From an uncultured Chloroflexia bacterium (GTDB lineage Bacteria > Chloroflexota > Dehalococcoidia > DSTF01 > JALHUB01), in the NCBI GenBank assembly GCA_963703345.1, contig OY969814.1:544001-608000 (forward strand): a DNA stretch of 64,000 nt, in the 5' to 3' direction. Below, piece after piece: positions 21,101 through 29,935 of this stretch; position 1 is the stretch's first letter, and each line of letters starts with the position of its first letter. The notes under the pieces are model-generated. The model ran no database searches, was not told where the DNA came from, and saw only the letters and a list, made by a program, of their open reading frames with translations. The position numbers and the translations under genes were made by a program.

Positions 21101-21430
21101 CTCCTCCCGAATGACCTCGCCGGTGTTGAGCCCAATGCGCACACGTACGGCCCGCTCAGGGTCCTGCCGGTTGCGTCCTGCTATCGCCCTCTGGATATCG
21201 ACCGCGCAGGCGACAGCCCTTCGCGCGGAGGTGAAGGCGACCATTAGGCCATCGCCGGTGTGCTTGACCTCTTGCCCGCGATGCCGGGTGACCTGCTGGC
21301 GGACCAGCTCATCACAGGCGCGCAGCACCTCACGGGCGGCGTCGTCACCGAGCCGTGTCGCGAGGTCAGTGGAGCCTTCGCAATCCGTGAAGAGGACTGT
21401 GACTGTGCCTTCAGGGATCTCGTGTGCCAT
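18143..21430 (-). CDS. Class III cyclase-AAA (STAND) ATPase-TPR protein
   Basis: LFTDCEGST, KHTGDG, VNAAARI; GEPGVGKT, LDDLHWAD, TEGNPFF; helical repeats. Confidence 0.9.
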   Translation of the reverse strand: MAHEIPEGTVTVLFTDCEGSTDLATRLGDDAAREVLRACDELVRQQVTRHRGQEVKHTGDGLMVAFTSARRAVACAVDIQRAIAGRNRQDPERAVRVRIGLNTGEVIREETDLFGATVNAAARIADHADAGEILISETAKGVLGEATKVELEDRGEVELKGFPRPMRLHRVSWEEEAIGPAGLRLPERTPFVGREAERAELRRCLDQVTRGRGALVLIGGEPGVGKTRLAEELLLEARQRGVLALTGHCYEMEGAPPYIPFVETLEGTARIVPGEAFREALGDAAPEVAKLMPELRRLFPDIPPPLELPPEQERRYLFNSFQEFLERAARVQPILLVLDDLHWADDSTLLLMQHIAQQVSQMPLMILGTYRDVELDVGHPLARALEELLRQRLAHRIALRRLPEAGVAAMLEALSGQEPPASLVQAVYGETEGNPFFVEEVFQHLAEEGKLFDAQGRWHPGLRVSELNVPEGVRLVIGRRLERVCEDCRRVLTVAAVIGRSFSFELLDALGDVGTDALLDAIDEAERAHLITSTADGPEARFSFAHELIRQTLVSSLSLPRRQRRHLRVAEAMERLYARTLEEHATDLAHHFYQAGAAADPEKTARYLTVAGKRAMEAAAFEDALRHYDDALSLQPADDQRGRADLLYKRGLALRSLGRWEEAMADWREALAAYDELGNAEAAGHVSFALALQLAYSGKLAESLEIGRRGLAALGERVSADRCRLLAHTGSHLSLSGDYSAGASLLDEALTMAETLGDQRLLGQVLGYKTVHHGWHLQPLDAVNAGLRAADILRQTGDLGSLTDISWNTQYALLYLGRLTEAAEIGREVEPLATRLGYLGALLSVRRGIVNGQFMVTGDIKRFEEYAKADLELCRRTGSNAISNAYTYLGDVHFWRGEWGQALAQYQEAANLEPPGVLAGYDWGALFLGEAYVGDRDSAFAVLEQSREKLPRPGRANVIGAWAMLFAAVEGLTVLGEREKAAKLYPLVLEAVDTGAVVLWYSPLLHAVAGMAAAAGEHWEKAEEHYQTALRQAHELPHVIQQPEVRRWYARMLIDRDAPGDCEKARELLTEAIAMYRRIGMPKHVEMAEALLARP

Positions 21431-21569
21431 CGTAGCCACCCGCAGCTCTGGATGACGCAATGTTACTGCGTTTGCTAACGATGTCAAGAGGATAGGTTCC
21501 TCTTCGCAGCGGAAGAGGATGTGACGATGCACCCTTAGTGTCACCGATGCGAGAGGGCAGCGCCCTCTC

Positions 21570-22589
21570 TTGACACCCACCGGGCCACAACCGGCGAATG
21601 CGGCGTTCCGAGGCGCGAACGGGAGGATCACGTTTCAGAGTGACCGCGATGGTGCGACGTACGAGATTCATAAGATGAACACTGATGGCAGTGGCCAAAC
21701 GCGGCTGACGAACAATACGGCAAACGATACTTCACCTTCTTGGTCGCCGGATGGCTTGCAGATCGTGTTCGATAGCACCCGGGACGGTGCCACTTACGAG
21801 ATCTACAAGATGAACTCCGACGGTACGGCACAGACACGTCTCACCAACAACGCCGCCAACGATCTGTAGCCAGCCTGGTCGCCGGACGGCTTGAAGATCG
21901 CGTTCGCCAGCGGGGATGGTGTCACGTACGATATCTACAAGATGAACGCCGACGGCAGCGGCCGGACGCGGCTGACCAACGATAGTGCTATCAACACAGC
22001 ACCGGACTGGTCGCCCGATGGCTTGAAGATCGCGTTCGGCAGCGACCGGCAGGGGAACCGCGACATCTATGTGATGAATGCTGACGGCAGCGGCGAGACG
22101 CGGCTGACCAACGATAGTGCTATCAACACAGCACCGGACTGGTCGCCCGATGGCTTGAAGATCGCGTTCGGCAGCGACCGGCAGGGGAACCGCGACATCT
22201 ATGTGATGAATGCTGACGGCAGCGGCGAGACGCGGCTGACCAACAGCGGCGCCGTCAATGCCAATCCTGCCTGGTCTCCCGACGGACATCGTATCGCCTT
22301 CTCCTCCAGCAACCAGGTCTACGTTATGAATGCTGATGGTACCGGCCAGACACGGCTGACCAACGACTCAGCAGACGATCTGTCCCCCGATTGGCAGCCG
22401 CTGTCGGTTGTGGGTGGCGTCGCGGAGCCTCCCGACGTAGCCAGCACCTCCGTTGAACAGGCTGGAGCGCCTGAGGGACGTTCTGGCCGGTCGGCTGGCG
22501 AATACGCGGCTCTGGCTGGCGGCGCGACCGGGCTGGTCATGGCGGCGGGCATCAGCGTTTGGCACGTCAGGAAGCGCTCAAGCCGATAA
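21570..22589 (+). pseudogene. TolB-like PD40-repeat surface protein with an in-frame TAG and no clear signal peptide
   Basis: PxWSPDG repeats continue in frame across the TAG at 21867-21869; C-terminal TM anchor. Confidence 0.8.
21965..22244 (+). repeat. Exact 132-bp tandem duplication (one PD40 unit)
   Basis: Identical units start at 21965 and 22097; a partial third starts at 22229. Confidence 0.9.
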
Positions 22590-22842
22590 GTTGACGACGC
22601 GCCGTTGCGTTGAGTAAGTCGTCCGAAGTGATCGGCTGGGTCGCTCAGGGCAGCGGTCTCGCCAGGATCACGGGATCACCGATGCCATCACCACGGAAAC
22701 ACGATGACTGTTCTGGAGACCCTGCGGTGCGCCGCAGCCGTGCGACACCACGCTGCTGTCTTTTCTCACTACGGGTCTCGTAGTACTATCCCCGCAAACC
22801 ATTCGGGCTCGGACGAACCTTATTGACGCGTAGAGACAGAAC

Positions 22843-24300
22843 ATGAGTATCGACTTCAAATCCGCAGGCCGCGTCGCCCTCATTGCTGGCCTCCTGCTAC
22901 TGATGGCAGCTTGCGGCGGCAACGAGAAGGCTTCTCCCGCCGCGAGCGAGACGTCGCAGCCGGAAGGCATCCACAAGATCCAGCACGTCGTCATGATCAT
23001 GCAGGAGAACCGCAGCTTCGACCACTACTTCGGGACGTTCCCCGGCGCGGAGGGCATACCGATGAAGGACGGCGTTCCCACCGTATGCGTGCCCGATCCT
23101 CGCACCAACCAATGCGTGAAGCCTTACCACGACCCCGACGACCTGAACTACGGCGGACCCCACGAGGCAAGCGCTGCCGTCGCGGACATCGACGGCGGGA
23201 AGATGGACGGCTTCATCGGCCAGCAGATAATAGGCGGGACCGGCGGCGCCTGCGTCATCTTTCCCAACAACCCGAACTGCGGCGTCACCCCTGCCACGCC
23301 GGACGTGATGGGCTACCACGACGCCCGCGAGATTCCCAACTATTGGACGTACGCCGAGCAATTCGTCCTCCAGGACCACATGTTTGAACCCAATGCGTCC
23401 TGGAGTCTGCCCGCTCATCTCTTCATGGTGTCGGAGTGGTCGGCTCAGTGCAGCCGGGCGGACGATCCTGCCAGCTGCGTCAACGCGATGAACGTGCCTG
23501 ACTACCCGCCGGACCTCCACGTCGGTCTCCGACCCGACGGCTCCGTGCCGCGGGCCGACTACGCCTGGACCGACCTGACATATCTGCTCCACAAGTCGAA
23601 CGTGCCCTGGGCCTACTACGTTGCGGAGGGCACGGAGCCCGACTGTGAGGATGACGAGATGGCCTGCATTCCAAAGCCTCAGAGCGCCGGCACGCCGGGC
23701 ATCTGGAATCCGCTGCCCTGGTTCGACACCGTGCGCGAGGACGGAGAACTAGGGAATATCCAGACGCTCGGCAACTTCTACGACGCAGCCAGGAATGGTA
23801 CGTTGCCGGCTGTCTCCTGGATTACCCCTGATGGCAACGCGAGCGAGCACCCGCCGGCGCTGGTCAGCGATGGCCAGGCCTACGTCACGGGCCTGATCAA
23901 CGCCATCATGCAGGGTCCGGACTGGGACAGCACGGCGATCTTCCTGGCATGGGACGACTGGGGTGGTTTCTACGACCATGTGCTTCCGCCTAGCGTGGAC
24001 GAGAATGGCTACGGTCTTCGCGTCCCGGGGCTGGTCATAAGCCCCTATGCGAAGAAGGGCTATATTGACCATCAGACGCTCAGCTTCGACGCCTACGTCA
24101 AATTCATTGAAGACCTATTCCTCGGCGGGCAGCGAATCGACCCGGCAACCGACGGTCGCGCCGACCCGCGCCCCGACGTCCGCGAGAACGCGCCGATACT
24201 TGGGGACCTTCTGCAAGACTTCGATTTCTCGCAGTCGCCGCGCCCGCTCTTAATCCTGCCTGAGCATCCGCCCCCAAGTCCGGCCTCGGTGGGGCCTTGA
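22843..24300 (+). CDS. Phosphoesterase/phospholipase C family lipoprotein
   Basis: Lipobox [31 protein letters not shown]. Confidence 0.92.
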   Translation: MSIDFKSAGRVALIAGLLLLMAACGGNEKASPAASETSQPEGIHKIQHVVMIMQENRSFDHYFGTFPGAEGIPMKDGVPTVCVPDPRTNQCVKPYHDPDDLNYGGPHEASAAVADIDGGKMDGFIGQQIIGGTGGACVIFPNNPNCGVTPATPDVMGYHDAREIPNYWTYAEQFVLQDHMFEPNASWSLPAHLFMVSEWSAQCSRADDPASCVNAMNVPDYPPDLHVGLRPDGSVPRADYAWTDLTYLLHKSNVPWAYYVAEGTEPDCEDDEMACIPKPQSAGTPGIWNPLPWFDTVREDGELGNIQTLGNFYDAARNGTLPAVSWITPDGNASEHPPALVSDGQAYVTGLINAIMQGPDWDSTAIFLAWDDWGGFYDHVLPPSVDENGYGLRVPGLVISPYAKKGYIDHQTLSFDAYVKFIEDLFLGGQRIDPATDGRADPRPDVRENAPILGDLLQDFDFSQSPRPLLILPEHPPPSPASVGP

Positions 24301-24378
24301 CGCTGGGCGCCGATTCGAAAGCGACGAAGGAGCACCAATCGAGCGCTCCTTCCCCATTTCAGATTCAGAAAAGCCGTC

Positions 24379-24545
24379 TGGAGGGCCGTGAGGGATTCGA
24401 ACCCTCGACTCCCGGATTAAAAGTCCGTTCGCCGTTCGGCCCGCACCCGGCGCTGCTCGCCGAATCTGCGGGAAGGGTCAGATGGCGCTCTGCGAGGTCG
24501 AATCCTGCGGTCTTGCCCGTGTGACATCTGACGACCGGATTGTAC
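24379..24545 (-). repeat. tRNA-Lys 3' fragment (24379-24427) plus type A arm
   Basis: 49 nt identical to the tRNA 3' half; the whole 167 bp aligns without net indel to 45399-45565. Confidence 0.95.
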
Positions 24546-24634
24546 GCAGCAGCGAGGTGAAGCCGCAAGGCGCGCTTCTACTGCGGTGCCAGCCGCTACC
24601 AGGGAGGCTTCTCGAGGTGTAGAATAGGCTCCTT

Positions 24635-24808
24635 ATGGAGCCGCGCATACAGTACGCTAAGACCACCGACGGCGTGAGCATCGCCTTCTGGACGATGGGA
24701 GAAGGCACGCCCTGCGTGCACATGCCAAATCTTCCATACAGCCACATCCGACTGGAGTGGCAAGACCCCGGCTGGCGCCGCTGGTATGAGCGGCTGGCCG
24801 ACAAGAGG
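24635..24808 (+). pseudogene. 5' fragment of a hydrolase-cyclase fusion gene
   Basis: MEPRIQYAKTTDGVSIAFWTMGEG, similar to the N-terminus encoded at 18021. Confidence 0.75.
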
Positions 24809-24829
24809 AATTCGTTCTCGTTCTCGTGT

Positions 24830-24906
24830 GCGCTCGTAGCTCGGCTGGATAGGGCGCAGCCCTGCGGAGGCTGAGGTCATGGGTTCGAATCCCGCCGAGC
24901 GCGCCA
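24830..24906 (+). tRNA. tRNA-Arg(GCG), probably degenerate
   Basis: 77-nt cloverleaf: GCGCTCG/CGAGCGC acceptor, CAGCC-CTGCGGA-GGCTG anticodon arm, TTCGAAT, CCA. G at conserved A14 and an A-C mismatch in the T-stem. Confidence 0.8.
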
Positions 24907-25026
24907 CCTTCGCCCACAATCACCAAGAGCGGCAGGAGCCTTGCCCACGTGGGTCGGCGACCTGCCGTTAAGCCCCTATGGGGTCGTCTCCTGAGGAGAC
25001 GATGGGGGACAGGCAAGGAGGTTTCG

Positions 25027-25326
25027 ATGCGAAAGGTGACACTGCTCTACTGGATAGTGGTAGGCGCGTTCCTAGCGTTCGCGCTGGAGGTCTTCTCCGG
25101 CTTCGTCCTCTGGTTGGCCTTCGAGACCGGCCCCGGCTTTGGCGGACGGCGCGGTCTTGCCGGCGTTGAACCGCCCGGTCGGCAGGAGTTCATGCTCATC
25201 AGCCGCCAGAACTGGCTCAATATCCACGACTGGACGGCGGTGGCGCTGATGGTCATCGTTCTCTTTCACTTGATACTCCACTGGCGGTGGATAGTGAACA
25301 CCAGCCGCCGTCTCTTGGCCGGCTAG
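25027..25326 (+). CDS. DUF4405-like membrane protein
   Basis: FSGFVLW...WLNIHDW...HLILHWRWI; GGAGG RBS. Confidence 0.8.
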   Translation: MRKVTLLYWIVVGAFLAFALEVFSGFVLWLAFETGPGFGGRRGLAGVEPPGRQEFMLISRQNWLNIHDWTAVALMVIVLFHLILHWRWIVNTSRRLLAG

Positions 25327-25334
25327 GGGAAGGT

Positions 25335-25685
25335 GGTGGGGATGGCGTCATGGCCGCCTTCACCTCAGCTCGCCACGCCATCGGGTGCGCTCTCCGCTGC
25401 AATGCGGTGACGGAAGGGACTGGGCTCCAGTTGCATCTTGGCATCCACGCCGGTGACGTCATTCGCGAGGGGAACAACGTCTACGGCGGAGCGGTCAACA
25501 TCGCGGCCCGTATAGCAGGGTCTTCCGCTCCCGGCGAAATCCTGGCATCCGACATCGTGCGCGGTCTGGCTCGCACCTCTGCCAGCGTGTCGTTTGATGA
25601 CCGTGGGGAGCACGTACTAAAGGGTGTTGGTGAGCCGCAGCGGCTGTACGAGGTGCAATGGCACCCCGCATTGGACGAGCCGTGA
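25335..25685 (+). pseudogene. 3' fragment of a class III cyclase gene
   Basis: GDGVMAAF, GIHAGD, VNIAARI, LKGVGEPQRLYEV; no start codon or RBS. Confidence 0.8.
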
Positions 25686-25816
25686 GGAAGCGATGACGGC
25701 AGCCCATAGCGGCCGACTGGACGTTCTATGCGCCAGAGTGTCGTTATTCTGTCCGAATCCGGGGCCAGTCGACCGTGTATGATTACGGTTATCCACGGGT
25801 TCAGAGGGCTCGACGG

Positions 25817-25887
25817 TTCAGATTGGGAAAAACCGCCTTGGGTTGCGCGAGCGATTCGAGCCCCTGACTCCCGGATTGGAATTCCGG
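25817..25887 (-). repeat. Degenerate fifth tRNA-Lys 3' fragment
   Basis: GAGCGATTCGAGCCCCTGACTCCCGGATTGGAATTCCGG versus GAGGGATTCGAACCCTCGACTCCCGGATTAAAAGTCCGG; its flank resembles 24358-24378. Confidence 0.65.
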
Positions 25888-26100
25888 CGGTCAAGTGAGA
25901 GAGACCGCCGAAGAATAGACCAGCTACTGGATGCCCCAATCGTATCTGGCCGGCGCTTTCCGAAGATCAACACTCCAATAATTAGGGTGTTATAATCGTC
26001 GAATCCGGCGGTCACGGTTGGCTTTTTGGGGCAGGATTTGAGACGTGGGCTACGAGGAGGTCGCCCCTGAGGAGGGTTTTTGAACCTGGCGAGAGGCTTT

Positions 26101-26294
26101 TGGAGGGCCGTGAGGGATTCGAACCCTCGACTCCCGGATTAAAAGTCAGAGCCTGTACCGCCGGACCTTCAGCTCCGCCCGCAGATTCGAATTCCGCCGT
26201 TTTAGCCGCCTGGCCAGACCGGATTCTCGTCGAGTCCAGTGCTCAGGTTCAGGTGCCCTCCGGAGTACCGGATTCGACGCAGCAATTGTACGCG
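26101..26294 (-). repeat. tRNA-Lys 3' fragment (26101-26147) plus type B arm
   Basis: 47 nt identical to the tRNA; 194 bp collinear with 42632-42825. Confidence 0.95.
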
Positions 26295-26433
26295 AATCTT
26301 CCCACTACTTCAACGATGACTCCGGTGCTCACGTTGGAGCGGTTAGCGAAGAGAGTACCGACCGGAGAGACAGTATCCGTGTCTCTCCAAGCAACTCGGG
26401 CAGGGGCGATGCCAGGTGGGGGGCAGGCCAAGG

Positions 26434-26919
26434 CTATGCCGACCTCTTCCCGTCAGCACTGGGGGCGCTGACGGCCGCTAGCTCACCCGCGATCCTGCCG
26501 GCAGCAGCCGGCAGAGCCCTCTCCACCTCCGGTGTGAACTGCTCGCCGAATGTGTAGGGGTCCTTGACGGCGACCACATATATGAGGAGCTCCTGCGGCA
26601 GCGGCAAGGACAGCTGGCGGGCCAGCTCCAGGGCCAGACGCAGGTTAACGCCGTGGCTTAGCCAGGCGCAACTCCCGCCCAACTCGTCTTCTCGCAGCCG
26701 GCGCACCTGACCGACTGCACTCCCATCACAGATGCTGTCGATGATGACGCCCCGATCGTAGTGAGTCAGAAGCTGAACGGTCTTGAGGCCTGCAACAGCC
26801 GCCTCTACCAGGTCTGCCCTGGGATCGCCGAGCAACTCATGAACACGCCGCGCCACCGAGAGGCCGGTGGCGTCGTCGGAGAGGATGGGGTTGCCCAGTC
26901 CCAGGATCAGTGTTTTCGT
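26434..26919 (-). CDS. Hydrogenase maturation protease (apparent ACG start)
   Basis: The in-frame N-terminus (T)KTLILGLGNPILSDDATG extends the ORF to an ACG at 26919, downstream of GGAGAG. Confidence 0.85.
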   Translation of the reverse strand, partial: TKTLILGLGNPILSDDATGLSVARRVHELLGDPRADLVEAAVAGLKTVQLLTHYDRGVIIDSICDGSAVGQVRRLREDELGGSCAWLSHGVNLRLALELARQLSLPLPQELLIYVVAVKDPYTFGEQFTPEVERALPAAAGRIAGELAAVSAPSADGKRSA

Positions 26920-26920
26920 T

Positions 26921-28408
26921 CTAGTCTCTCCGCAGTTCCTGAACTATCTTCCCCTGAGCATCGTAAATGTTCACTATGAGGGGCATCTCGCCGGGCAATG
27001 CGTGCGTGGCGCAGCCGAAGCAGGGGTCGTACGCGCGGAACGCCATTTCGATGCGGTTGAGGAGCCCCTCGGTGACCACCGTCCCCTTCTTGATCAGCCC
27101 CTGGCTGGCTTTCTTCACCGACATCGCGATGGCACCGTAGTTGTGAGCGGTGCCAACGATGAGGTTGACCTTGCGGGCGACCCCTCTCTCGTCGGCGTGG
27201 TAGTGGTGGATGAGAACACCGCGCGGCGCCTCGACTACGCCTACGCCCTCGCCTGGCGTGGCGGAAGGGATGGTACGAACGTCTGGGCTGGTGATCTCCG
27301 GGTCTGTGGCCAGTTCCACCATGCGCTCGGCGGCGTAGACGAGTTCGACGAGGCGGGCCCAGTGCGTCGCCAAGGTAGCGTGCACCGGCTTGCCCCCCAG
27401 GGTCGCGTACATGCGCTCGTACTCGGCCTGGGCAAGGGGGGTGGCCATCCCATCGGCGGCGTTGAGACGGGCCAAGGGCGCTACGCGGTAGATGCCACTG
27501 TCCTTGCCGTCAACGAGCCCCTGCCAGCCCAGCTTCTTCAAGTAGGTGAACTTGAGGTAGGTCCACGGTTCCACGTGCTCGGCTATGTGCTCCAGGTACT
27601 CCGACGGGTCGAACTTGAGGAACTCCTTCCCCTCCGGGTCCACCACCCGCAGCATGCCGTCGTAGAAGTTCGCTTTGTTGTCGGCGTCCACCAGGCCCAT
27701 GTAGTAGGTCTTGTGGGTGAAGGTATCGGATAGGATCATGTCAAGGTAGGTCTTGTTGGCCAACACCACGTCATCGAGGATCTTGAGAGAGAGCTTGCCG
27801 AATTCCACCGCCGAGCGGGCGATCCCCTCGATCTTGGCCCGCTCCTCCTCAGTGATGGGCTTGCTGACTCCGCCGGGAAGGCCGCAGACTGGGTGAATGT
27901 ACTTCCCCCCGATCATCGCCACCACTTCGTGGCAGAGCGCGAGGTGCTTCAGCACCTCGCCTCCGATCTCCAGGCCTACCTTTTGCACCACGCCGATGAT
28001 GTTTCGCTCAGCCGGAGGAGCGTCAGGACCTACCACAAAGTCAGGACCGCTCAGAGCATAGAAGTGCGTGGCGTGGTCGGCCACGAAGAAGGCGCTATAC
28101 AAGAGCTCTCGGAGCTTCTTGGCCGCCGGAGGGGGGTCTACCTTGAAGACGGCATCCAGAGTCTTGGCGGAGGCGATGTGGTGAGCCGACGGGCACACGC
28201 CGCAGATGCGCGAGGTGATGATCGGCAGGTCTTCGATCTGCCGGCCCTCGCAGAACTTCTCGAATCCCCTCAACTCAGGTACCTGAAAGTAGGCGTTTTC
28301 CACATCCCCCTCCTTGTCGAGGAAGATATCGATGCGGCCATGGCCTTCAAGGCGAGTGATCGGTTCGATGACTATGCGTCTTGTGGTGGGTTCGGAATCA
28401 GTGCTCAT
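26921..28408 (-). CDS. mvhA: [NiFe] hydrogenase large subunit, group 3c-like
   Basis: ITRLEGH, RGFEKF, SRICGVC, EAPRG, RAYDPCFGCATH. Confidence 0.93.
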   Translation of the reverse strand: MSTDSEPTTRRIVIEPITRLEGHGRIDIFLDKEGDVENAYFQVPELRGFEKFCEGRQIEDLPIITSRICGVCPSAHHIASAKTLDAVFKVDPPPAAKKLRELLYSAFFVADHATHFYALSGPDFVVGPDAPPAERNIIGVVQKVGLEIGGEVLKHLALCHEVVAMIGGKYIHPVCGLPGGVSKPITEEERAKIEGIARSAVEFGKLSLKILDDVVLANKTYLDMILSDTFTHKTYYMGLVDADNKANFYDGMLRVVDPEGKEFLKFDPSEYLEHIAEHVEPWTYLKFTYLKKLGWQGLVDGKDSGIYRVAPLARLNAADGMATPLAQAEYERMYATLGGKPVHATLATHWARLVELVYAAERMVELATDPEITSPDVRTIPSATPGEGVGVVEAPRGVLIHHYHADERGVARKVNLIVGTAHNYGAIAMSVKKASQGLIKKGTVVTEGLLNRIEMAFRAYDPCFGCATHALPGEMPLIVNIYDAQGKIVQELRRD

Positions 28409-28452
28409 AGTACCCCTTGCGTCATGACCGACAGAACGCGCTGAGCTCTTGC

Positions 28453-29448
28453 TTATTCAGCCGTTGCCCTGTCAAAAGAAAGGCTCTCAGTCTGACGGAC
28501 CCGTCGCAGCATTGACGCCGGCAGGCCGAAGAGATAGCAGACCCCTAGGAGATCAGGGAGTGTACTCGCTACCCGCTCGATCTCGTCCGGATCCTGAGTA
28601 TCGACGATAGAAGCCAGGGCGCTGAGAAGCTTTCCGCCCTGATCGATCACATTCGGCGGGGGCCCGTAGCAGCCCCGACACGGCATGTTGACCGAAGTGC
28701 AGGGCGCGCCACAGCCGCCCCGCGTGGCCGGGCCGGCGCAGACGATGCCTTGCTCCAGCAGGCAACGCGTCGGGTCCGGCACGATCTCATACGGCCGGTG
28801 GAAGCCCTTGATTCGCTTGTCTTCCTTAATGCGACCGCAGTCGTAGCAGACTGTCCTCTCGGACGCTCCCACGACCGAGCCCGGGGGAGGCAACTGGCCT
28901 GCCATCACGGCTTGCAACACCGCCCAGATTTGCTCCTTCACAGGCGGACAGCCCGGCACGAAGTACTCTACAGGCACCACCTGGTTCAGCGTCCGGACGG
29001 TGTCGTAGAACTCGGGCAGCGTAAGCTCTCCCTCGGGCATCTGATAGCTGAGCTGGGGACGGACGCCGTTTTCGTTGTCTGTGGACGCCGTGTCTCGGTA
29101 GACAAGGTCGAGGATGGACTCCCGGTTGGCGACGTTGGCCAGGCCCGGGATGCCGCCCGTGTGGGCGCAGGCGCCGAAAGCGACTAGCGCCTTCGACTTC
29201 TCTCTTAGCAGGTGCGCCAAGTGCTCCTGCTCAGAGTTTCTGATCGCCCCGTTGAACAGGCAGAGGTCGATGCTCTTGTCCGGCAGCGCCTCCACGTCCT
29301 TGTACTTGAAGTCCATGATGCAGGGCCAGAGAACGATGTCGAAGGCCTCGGCTACGTCCAGGATCTTAGCGTACAGCTCGACGACCGCGATCTCGCAGCC
29401 GCCACAGCTGGCGGCCCAGTACAGAGCTAGTTTCGGCTTCTGACCCAT
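28453..29448 (-). CDS. mvhG: [NiFe] hydrogenase small subunit
   Basis: ASCGGC, FGACA, VPGCPP, CRGCYG. Confidence 0.9.
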   Translation of the reverse strand: MGQKPKLALYWAASCGGCEIAVVELYAKILDVAEAFDIVLWPCIMDFKYKDVEALPDKSIDLCLFNGAIRNSEQEHLAHLLREKSKALVAFGACAHTGGIPGLANVANRESILDLVYRDTASTDNENGVRPQLSYQMPEGELTLPEFYDTVRTLNQVVPVEYFVPGCPPVKEQIWAVLQAVMAGQLPPPGSVVGASERTVCYDCGRIKEDKRIKGFHRPYEIVPDPTRCLLEQGIVCAGPATRGGCGAPCTSVNMPCRGCYGPPPNVIDQGGKLLSALASIVDTQDPDEIERVASTLPDLLGVCYLFGLPASMLRRVRQTESLSFDRATAE

Positions 29449-29466
29449 GACAACCCCCAGGCTTGG

Positions 29467-29907
29467 CTAACGCTGCTCGCTCACTGCTGTTTTCGCATCC
29501 TTCTTTAGCGGGCCCAGTTCCTTTATGGTCTTCGTGAAGTCTGCCACGACCTCGGCAAACCTGGCCCCTTCAGATGCCGAAACCCATTCCAGTCTCAGCC
29601 TCTCGGGCTCGATCCCGAAATCGCTGAGCATCTTTCTCAGCATGTGAATCCTTCTTTGTGCCTTGTAGTTTCCTTCCATATAGTGGCAATCACCCGGGTG
29701 GCAACCCCCGATCAGCACACCATCCACACCCCTAGAGAAGGCCTTCAGAATGAAGGTCGGATCGACCCTGCCACTGCACATCACTCTTATCATCCTCAGG
29801 TTGGGCGGATACTGGATTCTAGAGGTGCCTGCAAGGTCCGCGCCCGCATAGGTGCACCAGTTACAGGCAAAGCCAAGTATCAGGGGCTCAAACCCGTTCC
29901 TATCCAT
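29467..29907 (-). CDS. mvhD: Hydrogenase iron-sulfur subunit delta
   Basis: CNWCTYAGAD, RVMCSGRVD, GCHPGDCHY, WVSASEG. Confidence 0.95.
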   Translation of the reverse strand: MDRNGFEPLILGFACNWCTYAGADLAGTSRIQYPPNLRMIRVMCSGRVDPTFILKAFSRGVDGVLIGGCHPGDCHYMEGNYKAQRRIHMLRKMLSDFGIEPERLRLEWVSASEGARFAEVVADFTKTIKELGPLKKDAKTAVSEQR

Positions 29908-29935
29908 TGTCAGATCCTCTTCTCATATGCTTTCG

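Larger units (their letters stand above)
24379..26100. mobile_element. Cassette 4 (type A arms) of the tRNA-Lys array
   Basis: Bounded by tRNA-Lys 3' copies; left arm matches 45448-45565, right arm matches 50726-50827. Confidence 0.75.

Noticed and set aside
21867-21869. Pyrrolysine or amber recoding
   Set aside because: TAG is the normal stop of many genes here and no pyl machinery is visible.
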